From assembly GCA_951406725.2 (NCBI GenBank), contig OX597828.1, forward strand, positions 51,212,001 to 51,276,000: 64,000 bases of DNA, written 5' to 3'. This document shows, one piece after another, positions 1-12,260 of the stretch. The stretch's first letter is position 1. The number at the start of each line of letters is the position of its first letter. Origin of the DNA: Octopus vulgaris (taxonomy: Eukaryota). The notes beneath the pieces are model-generated. The model saw only the letters and a program-made list of their open reading frames with translations, ran no database searches and had not been told where the DNA came from. Both the position numbers and the translations under genes were made by a program.

Positions 1-171
1 TTGAAACTAAGAAGGCTCGAACATTCATGCATCTACTTTACGCCTTTTCAGATAAGTCTTGGAAAGAACGCCCTACCATGGTGTCCTTAAACATTAAGCT
101 GATGTGGAATACAGAAACGTAATGTCGGATGCACTATTAAAGCCTGTTAAGTTCCATCCTCGTGTTATACG

Positions 172-197
172 TGTATGTATGTATGTATGTATGTATG

Positions 198-231
<34 letters not shown>

Positions 232-258
232 TGTATGTATGTATTATGTATGTATATG
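172..258. repeat. (TATG)n microsatellite
   Basis: Direct reading of tandem tatg units. Confidence 0.95.
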
Positions 259-414
259 TGAGTGCATGCGTGCGTGTGTTTAGCGTATTTCGAGTAGAAA
301 CTCGTGACAGGCGTTCAAGAGCACATACGCCGTTGTGTGGATATCGAATATTATTATACCTCTGAATATTTTCATGTATGGATATACATGCGGAAATCTT
401 TCTCCGTAAGATTA

Positions 415-758
<344 letters not shown>

Positions 759-935
759 GTACATGGAACAAATAAGGCTACAATAAGAGTGGAGCACTTG
801 CAGAAAACGGTACAGCTTGGAATCGCTCGAATATTCCGGATGTTGCTCGAAAAATACGGAGCGTTACCTTAGTTCACTCGTAATGAACAGCTGACACCGT
901 AGTACATCTCCAGTGTTAGTAGCTGTGCAAACATA
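759..935 (+). mobile_element. 5'-truncated R4/Dong-type non-LTR retrotransposon 3' end embedded in (TAA)n
   Basis: Translates as IRVEHLQKTVQLGIARIFRMLLEK, like the QK.VLLGTARILR C-terminus of R4/Dong restriction-like endonuclease ORFs; (TAA)n on both sides. Confidence 0.75.
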
Positions 936-952
936 ATAAAATAATAATAATA

Positions 953-1342
953 ATCCATTCTACTAAAGGCACAAGGCCTGAAAATTGTGGGGAGGGGACT
1001 AGTCAACCCGAATGCGTGACTAGTACTTAATTTATCGACCCCGAATGGATGAAAGGCGAAGTCGACCGCGGCAACATTTGAACTCAGAACGTAACGGCAG
1101 ACGAAATGCCTATTTCTTTACTACCCACAAGGGGCTAAACACAGAGGGGGCAAACAAGGACAGACAAACGGATTAAGTCGATTACATCGACTCCAGTGTG
1201 TAACTGGTACTTATTTCATCGACCCCGCAAAGATAAAAGGCAAAGTCGACCTCGGCGGAATTGGAACTCAGAACTTAGCGGCAGACGAAACATTGCTAAG
1301 CATTTCGCCCGGCGTGCTATCGATTTGGCCAGAACCGCCGTC
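953..1342 (-). mobile_element. tRNA-derived SINE family A, composite or tandem copy
   Basis: Reverse complement of the recurrent core gtcgactttgcctttcatcctttcggggtcgataaattaagtaccag, present twice; two different 3' tails. Confidence 0.9.
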
Positions 1343-1720
1343 TTTTGATAATAATGATAATATTAGTGATAATAATTTTTGGTTTGTTAATCGTTAGCAC
1401 CACACAACACAGGAGTGTACTTATTGGAATGATGGGAGGCATTGAGATGGTAAAATCAGAAATAATAAGCAGTTTCTAATAGTACTTCATCCGATGAAGC
1501 ACACGCAGGCAGCTGCCGTTGAACAATATTCAAATACATACTAATTATTCAGAGTAATCCTTCATAACGTTCAGTGAATATGAACCGGGCAACTTAAAGC
1601 TGATGTGGGGTGCAGAAACATAGTGCCGTGATGCATTATTAAAGCTTGTTTAACTTCCATCCGCGTGTTATACATGTATGTATATGTATATATATATATA
1701 TATCTATATATATATATATG

Positions 1721-1945
1721 TACTTTATTAAAAGCAGCAGAAAATTCAACAAAACCTGTTACTCTGAGTTTCACATTGCCGTTCGTCGGACAGTTTTTAG
1801 CAAAAACTGTCCGACGAACGGCAACGTGAAACTCAGAGTAACAAGTTTTGTTGAATTTTCTGCTGCTTTAAATAAAGCATATTACTCTACCACTGGTATT
1901 GAGTACTCTGTTTTCCACCTTGTTTCACATTTATGTGTTTACTCC

Positions 1946-1948
<3 letters not shown>
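1721..1948 (+). mobile_element. (TA)n-flanked fold-back element with hammerhead motif (PLE-like family H1, copy 1)
   Basis: Near-perfect palindrome 1723-1877 (3-nt loop agc at 1799-1801) plus a unique 3' tail ending ttactccgg-(TA)n; homologous to 4376-4606 and 48826-48977. Confidence 0.85.
1803..1849 (+). ncRNA. Type I hammerhead ribozyme variant (U4C), mirrored on the minus strand
   Basis: aaaactgt-CCGACGA-acg/gcaa/cgt-GAAA-ctc/a/gag-TA-acaagtttt; stems I, II and III all pair; GUA cleavage triplet. Confidence 0.7.
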
Positions 1949-1996
<48 letters not shown>

Positions 1997-2000
<4 letters not shown>

Positions 2001-2975
2001 ACGTGTAGAGAAACGTATACTCAATACATTGACGAACTGAAAACACAGAAGGTCGACCAGAGAGTCAAGCGCAATTTCACCCATTATCAATAATATTGAT
2101 TCCACTCTGGAGGCACCGGCAAAAAACTTGCTGGGAATGGGACCAAAATATAACGAATCAATAAACAGAATGACGGCTTAGGGCCATTCAAAGACGACAA
2201 TTAAAATGATAATAATACATATACAGCCAAAAAAGCTTTAGAGCTGCAAGACAAAAATAGGTAACGTGAAGGAGAAATGATAAACTGTTTGAAAGGACAA
2301 TAAAAACGGGAGGGTTAGATCGAGGAGCTCAGAAATTCAGGACCAGTCCGATCGAAGGCATCGTAAAAAATAATGACACCGCCTTAGGCCGTCGCGGATC
2401 AGGGGATAGTGGGAGGAGGGTAAGAGAGAAAGACGGACAGCGAGGGAGAGAGAGGGAGAGAAAGGAAGGAAATTAAGATAAGCGAGGACCTCGTCTTTCT
2501 CTGTTACCATCCTCCTACTATCAGCCGATCCGCGACGGCCGAAGGCGGTGTCATTATTATTCGCGCTGCCTTCGACCGGACAGTTTACGATTTTCTGAGC
2601 TCCTCGCTCTAACCCTACCGTGTGTATAGTCATTTAGGACAGTTTTTCATTTCTCCTTCGCGTTACCCATTTTTGTCTAGTCTTACATTCCTAAAGCTTT
2701 TTTTTTTTGCTGTATATGTATTATTATTCTTATTTTAATTGTTGTCATCGTGTGGCCCTAAGCCTTTATTCTGTTTATTGTTTTGTCATGTTTTGTCTCA
2801 TTCCCGGCAAGTTTCTTGCCGGTGCCTCCAGACTGGGAGCAATATTATCGATAATGGCCGAAATTGCGCTTGATCTTCAGGCCGATACCTGAAGGGGATT
2901 TTGGTGACCTTCTGTGCTTTCCGTTCGTCTGTGTATTTAGTAAATGTTTGTATGTTTATTTTCTACACGTTTTAA
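1997..2975. mobile_element. (TA)n-flanked element with diverged inverted arms (1997-2290 / 2640-2975), family P
   Basis: Ends aaaacgtgtagagaaac ... ttttctacacgtttt; arms are alignable reverse complements around a ~350 bp spacer; carries GAGCAAT..GCCGAAATTGC..CTGAAG. Confidence 0.75.
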
Positions 2976-2993
2976 AAAAATTATATATATATA

Positions 2994-3200
2994 GAGGCGC
3001 AATGGCCTAGTGGTTAGGGCAGCGGACTCGCGGTCGCAGGATCGCGGTTTCGATTCTCAGACCGGGCGTTGTGTGTGTTTATTGAGCGAAAACACCTAAA
3101 AAGCTCTACGAGGCTCCGGCAGGGGGTGGTGATCCCTGCTGTACTCTTTCACCACAATGGCGGTGCCCCAGCATGGCCACAGCTCAAGAGCTGAAACTGG
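2994..3200 (+). mobile_element. tRNA-derived SINE family B (tRNA-Arg-like head, OR-type)
   Basis: gaggcgcaatggcctagtggttagggcagcggactcgcgg...ggtttcgattc with A/B-box-like motifs; homologous to 5125-5474, 31482-31775 and 55455-55750. Confidence 0.85.
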
Positions 3201-3229
3201 AAAAACAAAAAAACAAAAACAAAAAAAAA

Positions 3230-3269
<40 letters not shown>

Positions 3270-3337
3270 TATCTTCTGCTGTCCTTTTATTTAACCCTGA
3301 AAATATTATCAATGTAACACACGCATTCATTAATCTT

Positions 3338-3339
<2 letters not shown>

Positions 3340-3420
<81 letters not shown>

Positions 3421-3482
3421 GATAGATAGATAGATAGCTATTTATCTCTCTGTCTATCTATCTACCTGTCTCTCTCTCTCTC

Positions 3483-3576
<94 letters not shown>

Positions 3577-3620
3577 GTATGTATATATGTATGTATGTAT
3601 GTATCTATCTATATACATAC
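3340..3620. repeat. Compound (TATC)n/(GATA)n/(TA)n/(TATG)n microsatellite
   Basis: Direct reading; the (tatc)n tract flips to (gata)n at ~3420. Confidence 0.95.
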
Positions 3621-4157
3621 ATACACATGCGTGTGTTTGTGTGGGGACAGAACAATTGGATATAAAATATTGTACGCTTAAGAATCTAAAACCCGAAAAC
3701 GTAAAGAAGCCTAGAAAATGCAAAGAGGAAATATATAACAAATATCAGTAATTCACAGCAGTCTCATATATTCAAGACGGTAGGTTGATACACTTCGATT
3801 CATTCAATTAATAATTTCTACCTCTCTGAATGTTTCAAATCCTACGCGAAGAATAACACTGAAATTGCGAAACTATAGAAAATATATGGAATCATATCTC
3901 CATCATAGAAAATCTATGATAGATTTCTGTATGAAATGAAGAAACAGAGTACGGTAAGTACAATCATGATTTATATGGCTTTGACGTTGAGAAGCTCATT
4001 TCCCAAGTATGCATAATGCTTTTAACACTTTTAGTATTCTATGATTTTGTGTCTTTCAAAACCCTATCAATGACACTTAATGTGTTTATACATACATACA
4101 TACAGACATACATAAATATACACACATATATATGTGTGTGTATATATATATATATAT

Positions 4158-4357
4158 GTTGTCCTTACCTTCGGAACGCGAAGTAGATGAAACAGGGACA
4201 ACTGATGAAGGGGAATATTCTTTATGTTGCATGTCTCATTTCTCTGTTTCTTTTTTCGTTGATCCCCCAAAAAGTTCATTTTCTAAGTTTTTTTATTTTG
4301 TTTTCGTTTCCTATTGTGTTCAAAGGATTTTTGATGTCCTCTACCCATCTATGCATG
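4158..4357 (+). mobile_element. (TA)n-flanked short element with partial hammerhead-like motif
   Basis: Starts at gttgtcctt, whose ttgtcctt pairs 8/8 (one G-U) with agggacaa immediately before CTGATGA (4202-4208); (TA)n on both sides. Confidence 0.5.
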
Positions 4358-4375
4358 TATATATATATATATATA

Positions 4376-4603
4376 CCGGAGTAAACACATAAATGTGAAA
4401 CAAGGTGGAAAAAAGAGTACTCAAATACCAGTGGTAGAGTAATATGCTTTATTTAAAGCAGCAGAAAATTCAACAAAACCCGTTACTCTGAGTTTCCCGT
4501 TGCCGTTCATCGGAAAGTTTTTTCTAGCAAAAACTGTCCGATGAACGGCAACGGGAAACTCAGAGTAACAGGTTTTGTTGAATTTTCTGCTGCTTTAAAT
4601 AAA

Positions 4604-4606
<3 letters not shown>
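4376..4606 (-). mobile_element. Fold-back hammerhead element family H1, copy 2
   Basis: Tail ccggagtaaacac... then palindrome ~4446-4606; HHR aaaactgt-CCGATGA-acggcaacgg-GAAA-ctcagag-TA-acaggtttt at 4530-4576 and its mirror; (TA)n on both sides. Confidence 0.85.
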
Positions 4607-4673
<67 letters not shown>

Positions 4674-5124
4674 GTATGTATGTACATATATGTGTATATA
4701 TATGCATATATTTATGTATAATTCATATTATATATATATATATATATATATACATATATCTGTGTGTGTGTGTGTTGAATGTTTAGAAGTGTTTAAGTTG
4801 GTGCTGAGAAAACACGTTTTATCGATCTACTCGCAAATGCTTTATATTATCGTTGTTGCTTAATGTTGCTGATTCTTTAAAATCGAAATGAGCTCTGATG
4901 GTCTGGTGGTGGAGTTCTGTCACTAGAGAATGAGGATTCGGTTGTTTAATTAACTGAATTACTTGTTCTTTAATTAACACCTTAAGTGTCAGCTTCTCTC
5001 GATCCAATTTTACTCACAGAAAAATGCCATTTGCTCAAGACTTTTCCCAAAGAGATAGAGAGCGGAATCTAGTTGTTCCCTAGTGAACTACTGCGATTAT
5101 TCTGATATGGATACTGCAGCTTGT

Positions 5125-5474
5125 TTGTTTGTTGAGCGAAGCGGTCTTCGTCCACTTGGGAGAAGTCCGAAACGTGGTCCTTTGCTATTCGTAAGACCCG
5201 CAGAAGAGAAAGCAGGTCAACCCCCGACACCGAGAGCATCGACGGATGGATGAATGCGCATCCAGGCTCAGCGGTTGCGCAGGAATTCGGGGACAAGAGA
5301 CAGGAAGAAAGAGTGAGAGAAATTTGGAGGGAAAGAGTACAACAGGGGTGGCCCCCCCTCCTGCCGGAGCATCGTGGAGCTTTTGGTGTTTTCGCTCAAT
5401 AAACACACATAACGCCCGGTCTGGGAATTGAAACCGCGAGTCCGCTGCCCTAACCATTGGGCCATTGCGCCTCC
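5125..5474 (-). mobile_element. SINE family B, long copy with 3' tail
   Basis: tRNA-like head at ~5400-5474; tail 5130-5280 matches 59273-59432 in the opposite orientation. Confidence 0.85.
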
Positions 5475-7756
5475 ATTGAAACTGCAGCTGAAATAATCCC
5501 TTCTTATTCTCATCATGACATTGTAGTTATGACTACAATTTCCAATGTGTCCTTTGTTTTTTCAAAAAAATACAATGTCACAAGAGGAGGGTTTTTATTT
5601 TTTAGCTGTGCCTGATCGACCGACTCCGTAGAAGATTCTGTGCTTTATATTTTTGTTTGCTGAAAATATGCCTTTGGGTAAGACTATTGAACTTAAAGTA
5701 GCGAGAGATACGTCATACTTCGAAAATCTATTGACAGACATTGGCGCCAACTTCTACCTCGGCAACCCTGCTATTCTAACAAAATGTTAAAGAAACAAAA
5801 TGTTAAAGAAACAAAATGCTTCACTTCAACCTTCATGTTTACTCACACGACGCAGAGAAAGTTTTAAACTACAGTGAATGGATTCTTTCTAAACTATTAT
5901 CTCTATTCTTTATTGTATTGATAATATTTCTTCATAAGACGCAAAGATCACACATCAAAGACAGAAATGCACTAACAAATCCCAGAATTTAACAGAAGGT
6001 TTTTTCCTTTACGCTTATTTACTTTAAAAAGATAATGAAAAGAAAAACGAAATCCATCAAATAAAGTGATTTCAACGTCATTTCTTTTAACTCCACAAAG
6101 GCTCAGCCAAGAGAAATATAATTTCTTAATAGCAACAATAACGCTAAAATACATTCAAAAATATAATTAAACGATGTAGGAATTGCGTGTCAAAAAAGTT
6201 TTTAAAATGCAAAATCAAAAAAATGCGGCGGAAAAGTATTCGATTTTTATTTTAATTAGCTGAAAATACAAGAGAACTATATAATTACTTGAAGAGGCAT
6301 TTCCAGTTTAAGAAGTAATTAATCAGACATGTAGCCAATTAAATACGCGTTGGTCATTCTCAAAGTATCCCACACCTATTTTTGAAATTTCTATCTCTGA
6401 GATAACTATTCCCGTAGTAGAACCCAAACAATTAACCTGCAAAATATATAGTTTATCTCCCATCTTACAGGATCGTTGGAATTGTTGAGCATTATTAAAT
6501 TTGATATTACAAGTTAAGGTGTGTATCGAAGTTTGTGCAAGCGCTAGTTTCACCATCATATGACGGTGGTTTCAATTCGTTGAGCAAGCGGCGCGTTCTA
6601 CTCTTGAGAAAATCATTTCATTTCACAGATCTAAGATTTATGAACAATCAACTCAGTTTATTCAGCTGAGTTCATTGCCATCCCAAGTACTGGAATAATC
6701 CACTTTCCCCTCGACAATCACTTCCTGCTATGGTGTCTCAATCATTTTGCAGCTACTTGGGCACCGAAAATGATTGGAAAAAGCATGGTACATGCAAACA
6801 CGTCAAACTCAGACAGAAGTGACGCATATAGATTTTATTTTCAATATAATCTGTATTTATTTAGACCCTAGATCAGCAGATCTCAAAGCGTCTCTCAGCG
6901 CCTTATGCAACCCTCAATCGTCCTTTCAGCCCCCTCGGCGATTTTCCCTCAAAAAATATTTTTACTTACTTTATTTTACTTAATTGTATTTTATTTTTTG
7001 TGCCCCTATCTTCAGAAATCCAGGTTTTAAATTTGGTCTGGATATTAAAAACGATCGAGAACCACAGTTTTAGAGGATTGAGTTCAGACAACGTGCGACA
7101 GTAGGAGAGATATTTTTGAAAATAATAATTAATACGACATTAGAGTTGAAATATGGAGACAAATAATTTTATGAGAGCTGGGAATCCTATGAGTCAAGGA
7201 AAAGCCTTGCACTGCTCATGTTAAAACTAAATGAGTTGAAAGCTATCGTCATAAGTATTTCTATTCGTTAGATTGATAAAAAAACAAAACAAAGTACAAA
7301 TAACTCCACAGAATAATTGGGGTGACTGAATCTGCTTGTTAATTGCTGAATGATATAGGTTGTGTAGTAATTGTCGAACGTGATATCTGTTCGGTAAGAG
7401 TTTCGGCGAAAGGTGAGAGCTAAATGCGCAAGAGAAGACAGAAAAAGAAATAATCACAGCTCGTGAGATGGTAATGGTGAACTGGGTCACCATTACCGTA
7501 TCTCGGTTCAAAGGCTCTTTGTTCTTTGGTGCACATTACTAGTGGATCGGCAATGCTTTACACAGTAAAACCCAAAGCAAAAATGACACGATCAGGCTCA
7601 AACTTCGATCACGTGACCAAAAGAGTACCAACTATAAGCATGCATGCACAGAAGGCTGTGTGACAATAATAAAGATATGTTATGGCAAAAGTGCGTATAC
7701 GTTTTGACTCCAGCTCGTATATATATTATATAATGTAATATATATACATATATACA

Positions 7757-8085
7757 CCACTTGTTATGTCCCATTATTTGTATTTGTGTAACATTCTCCG
7801 TTTTATTCCGTCCTTGTTTTCGTATGCGTTCGGTGCTTTCTTCCAAGAAAATTAATGCTCTGAGATTAGTTTTTCCTTGGGGCTGGCTAGATAGGAGCAA
7901 TCATGAGTATAACCAGCCGAAATTGCAAAGATAATCTGAAACTCGACTGTGGATAGAAAACTCCAAATGACCCTTCCGTGTTTTCTTTGTATAGTATGTC
8001 TGGATGTGTTGTTGACCGTTTTTTGTATCACCTAACTGTCTGGATGTTTTGCGTTCTTGTCCCATTTTTGTATTTTTTATATATA
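7757..8085 (+). mobile_element. (TA)n-associated element, family P
   Basis: Direct repeat of ~8780-9040; contains ggctgg..GCAATC..ccagcc-GAAATTGC..actcga-CTGTGGA. Confidence 0.75.
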
Positions 8086-8093
8086 AAAAAAAT

Positions 8094-8327
8094 AAGGCGG
8101 CGAGCTGGCAGAATCGTTAGCACGCCGGGCGAAATTCTTAGCGGTATTTCGTCTGCCGCTTCGTTCTGAGTTCAAATTCCGCCGAGGTCGACTTTGCCTT
8201 TCATCCTTTCGGGGGTCGATAAATTAAGTACCAGTTACGCACTGGGGTCGATGCAATCGACTTAATACCTATGTCTGTCCTTGTTTGTCCCCTCTGTGTT
8301 TGGCCCCTTGTGGGTAGTAAAGAAATT
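8094..8327 (+). mobile_element. SINE family A, full-length
   Basis: aaggcggcgagctggcagaatcgttagcacgccgggcgaaa...gagttcaaattcc (B box)...core...gtagtaaagaaat. Confidence 0.93.
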
Positions 8328-8779
8328 GGTGTACGCTCTTTTTGGTCTCTTATATGTAAGTATATATTTATCTAAATTTTGTACGACTCTATTCTTTCTA
8401 TTCTTTCATTATTTCCTTCTTGCTATCAACCCTTTCCCGCTTACTTCGTTCATTCCACTCTCCGTTCATTTGTTCTCCCTCTCTCACATTTCCTGGTTTT
8501 CTCTTCATGCTCACTTTCCTTCGTCATTTAACTTCAATGTGTTCCTTTCATTTTCCCGCCCCTCCTTAATTCTCCTATCTCTCTGCCTCGACCTCTCTCT
8601 CTCTTCTCTCTCCACGTGACCGGTGTTCGGCCAAAACTTACCTTTCTTACTTGGTTCGACTACCATCTATATTTCTCCCTGCGCATGTGAAATCTTATGT
8701 CCTTGCCGTAAGGCGTTACATCCACATACGCCAGCTTAATTTAATTCGTCATTAATCGAAAGACACTTGTTGTTAATGT

Positions 8780-9040
8780 CTTGTTATTTGTATTTATGTA
8801 ACATTCTCCGCTTTATTACGTCCTAGTTTTCGTATACATTCGCTGCTTTCTTCGAAGAAATCTAATGCTCTTAGAATAGTTTTTCCTTGGGGCTGGCTAG
8901 ATAGGAGCAATCTCGAGTATAACCAGCCAAAATTGCAAAGACAATCTGGAACTCGATTGAGGATAAAAAACTCCGAATGAGCCATTCTTGTTTTCTTTGC
9001 ATCTTCTGTCTGTATGTTTTGTTCTCCCTTTTTTGTGTTT
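8780..9040 (+). mobile_element. Family P copy (3' end abuts (TA)n)
   Basis: Homologous to 7757-8085; tail-to-tail with 9085-9400 across a (TA)n tract. Confidence 0.75.
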
Positions 9041-9084
9041 TATATATATATATGTGTTTTATATATATATATATATATATATGT

Positions 9085-9400
9085 AAAAGTAACAAAATAC
9101 ACAAACTGGGACAAGAACGTGAAACATTTAGAAGACGACACAAACAACACGGACGGGACTTTCGAAGCTCTCAGTCATCAGTCAAGAACCGTATCATCTT
9201 CGCAATTTCGGCTGATTAATCTTGAGATTGCTCCGATCTGGGCAGCCCCAAGGGAAATCTAAGCCAAGCGCATTAGATTCCTTGGAAGAAAGCCTCGAAA
9301 GTATACAACACAGGGACGGAAAACGGACGATGTTACACGAATAAAAATACAAAAATACGTAAAATCAATAATGATAGCACGAATAAGAATACAAAATACG
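9085..9400 (-). mobile_element. Family P diverged copy with intact permuted hammerhead core motifs
   Basis: Minus strand reads GCAATC-tcaaga..cagcc-GAAATTGC..tcttga-CTGATGA (9231-9175). Confidence 0.7.
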
Positions 9401-9624
9401 TAAAAACAATAATAACAAAACCAGGACGTCAGGACAAGCGTCTTTTCGACAGGACGAGTTAAGTTTAGTTTAGGGCTGGCTATGGAAGAGTGCCTTAAGG
9501 CCACAGGAGAACAAACAAATACGTGTTGCCACATTGACTACTGGATGCGAAAAGGCAGTAGTCGCTGGCTGGTCATATATATATATGTGTGTGTGTGTGT
9601 GTATATATATATGTACATACATAA

Positions 9625-9689
<65 letters not shown>

Positions 9690-9743
9690 TACATATATAG
9701 ATATTCATATACATATATATACATATACATACATACATACATA

Positions 9744-9797
<54 letters not shown>

Positions 9798-10359
9798 AAT
9801 ATATATATATATATGCGTGTGTGTGTGTATACATATAGGCCCTTAAGTACTTCACTTTAAAAGTACAGTGAGTGTTGTCTAAGCCAGATTTATGTACGTA
9901 GGGTCTTTCTATATCCTGATACATAGCGGCTGGACAAATCGCTAGCGATAAAATGATTAAAAATATGAAAGAAAGCAATCAAAATCCATTCAATGTCTTG
10001 CTCAAGAATGGGTGTATTCCAGTGATTGAATATACAGAAAAAAAAAGAAATATAGAAAAAGAAAATAAGAATGTAGCAAAAATGGAATATGCGTGTATAA
10101 AAATGCAGACACTGCTTTAATAAACATACTTAACATTGGACTGGCTCGATCAAGGATAACCTGCGGCTACACTACCAATACCAGCACCACCACACCAAGC
10201 AAAAACATCAACAAAAATAGCAATAACAACAGCAACAACAACAACAATAGCAGCAGGAACAACAAAAACAAAAAGCACATTAATTATTTGCCAATTCTCA
10301 AAATGGTGTTTATACAACCGAAGGTAATGAATAAACGTAAATGGAGACACAAAATGGAG

Positions 10360-10697
10360 AGATGATGATGATGGTGGTGGTGGTGGTGGTGATGATGAGG
10401 TTGATGATGATGATGATGATGATGATGGTGGTGGTGATAATGATGATGATGATGATGATGATGTTGGTGGTGATGATGAAGAGGATGATGTTGATGTTGG
10501 TGGTGATGATGGTGATAATGATGATGATGATAATGATGATGATAATGATGATGATGATGATGATGATGATGTTGGTGGTGATGATGAAGATGATGATGTT
10601 GATGTTGGTGGTGATGATGGTGATAATGATGATGATGATAATGATGATGATAATGATGATGATGATGATGATGACGACGTCGAAGATGTCGATGACG

Positions 10698-10735
<38 letters not shown>

Positions 10736-11089
10736 TACAATGATGGTGATGGCTGTGGCATATATGTCGGGCTGGGGCAGCGTTAGGGCCACAGTTAGTG
10801 TTTGTGTTGATGTTGAAGCGATGATGTGATGATACTGCTGCTTTTGTTGATGTTAGATGTGGTTGACAGTAACAGCAATGAGGATGATGATGATGATGAT
10901 GATCATGTTGATGACGTCGTTGAAGATGACGATGATGAAGTTGCTGCTGCTGCTGAAGAAGAAGAAGAAGAAGAAGAAGTAGAAGAAGAAGAAGAAGAAG
11001 AAGGAGAAGAAGAAGAAGAAGAAGAAGGAGAAGAAGAAGAAGAAGAAGAAGAAGAAGAAGGAGAAGAAGAAGAAGAAGAAGAAGAAGAA

Positions 11090-11121
<32 letters not shown>

Positions 11122-11640
11122 AAAGGAGGAGGAAAAAAATGAAGAAAAAAAGACGGAAGAACAGGAAGACAAATTTGATGAGGATGGTGTTAGTGGTGGT
11201 GGTGATGATGGTGTTGATGCTGAAGGTGGTGGTAGGGGTGATGGTAGTAAAGATGAACATGACAACGACGATGTTGTTGATATTAGCGTTGATAATCATC
11301 ATCATCATCAACATCATCGTCGTATTCGTCGTCGTCGTCATTCTCCTCCTCCCCCTCCTCCTCATCATCATCATCCCCATCATCATCATCATCATCATCA
11401 TCATCCCCATCATATCATCCTCCTCCTCATCACCATCATCATCATCATCACCATCATATCATCCTCCTCCTCATCACCATCATCATCATCATCACCATCA
11501 TATCATCCTCCTCCTCATCACCATCATCATCATTCCCATCATCATCATCATCATCATAATCCCCATCATCATCATCATCATCATCATCCCCATCATCATC
11601 ATCATCATCATCATCATCGTCGTCGTCATCGTCATGAACA
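10360..11640. repeat. Compound trinucleotide repeat region (GAT/GGT)n-(GAA)n-(CAT/CCT)n with internal higher-order duplication
   Basis: Direct reading; a ~108 bp unit is repeated at ~10436-10650. Confidence 0.95.
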
Positions 11641-11969
11641 CGATGCTAATGATAATTAAACGTCACGTGCATAGGTTATTTTCTTGTCTTGTAACAACTT
11701 TAGAGAGAAGCGATAAGACGGTTAGAGGTTAGCAAAGCTTCCTGTAGCAGAAGCTTAAACTATTATCAGTACAGTCACGTTCAGATTGTAATTTCTCTGT
11801 ATGTATTATATGGACGTGTGCTTGTGTTTGTGTGTGTGGTGTGTGTGTGTGTGTGTGCATGAATGTATGCATGTTATGTATGTATGTGTGTGTGTTTACG
11901 TACGCATTTGTGTATCTGTGTTATGAATACATATGTACGAATGTACTCATACATACATAAATAGACATA

Positions 11970-12006
<37 letters not shown>

Positions 12007-12146
12007 ATGCATATATATATTTGCATAAGTGTGTATACATGATTATATTTTTCAAAATTTTTCGCGGATGGAGAAAAGGTCGTTTCTATCCGAGAAACCA
12101 GATTCCTTTATTGGAATTTAGACAATATGAAACACAACAACTATAT

Positions 12147-12260
12147 TTCTTCTTCTTCTTCTTCTTCTTCTTCTTCTTCTTCTTCTTCTTCTTCTTCTTC
12201 TTCTTCTTCTTCTTCTTCTTCTTCTTCTTCTTCTTCTTCTTCTTCTTCTTCTTCTTCTTC
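12147..12260. repeat. (TTC)n microsatellite
   Basis: Pure ttc tract. Confidence 0.97.

Noticed and set aside
2172-2190. ggcttagggcca resembling the pistol ribozyme 5' motif
   Set aside because: The downstream complementary CCCUAAG and the conserved spacing are absent; the only complement is the other inverted arm.
2994-3070. tRNA-like sequences (also ~5400, 31482, 39431, 55680)
   Set aside because: Imperfect cloverleaf, and each runs into a shared SINE body; these are SINE heads, not tRNA genes.
6323-6983. ORFs with faint Tc1-like words (QE*NAP, PRSADL)
   Set aside because: The two motifs are on opposite strands and too short; no TIRs seen.
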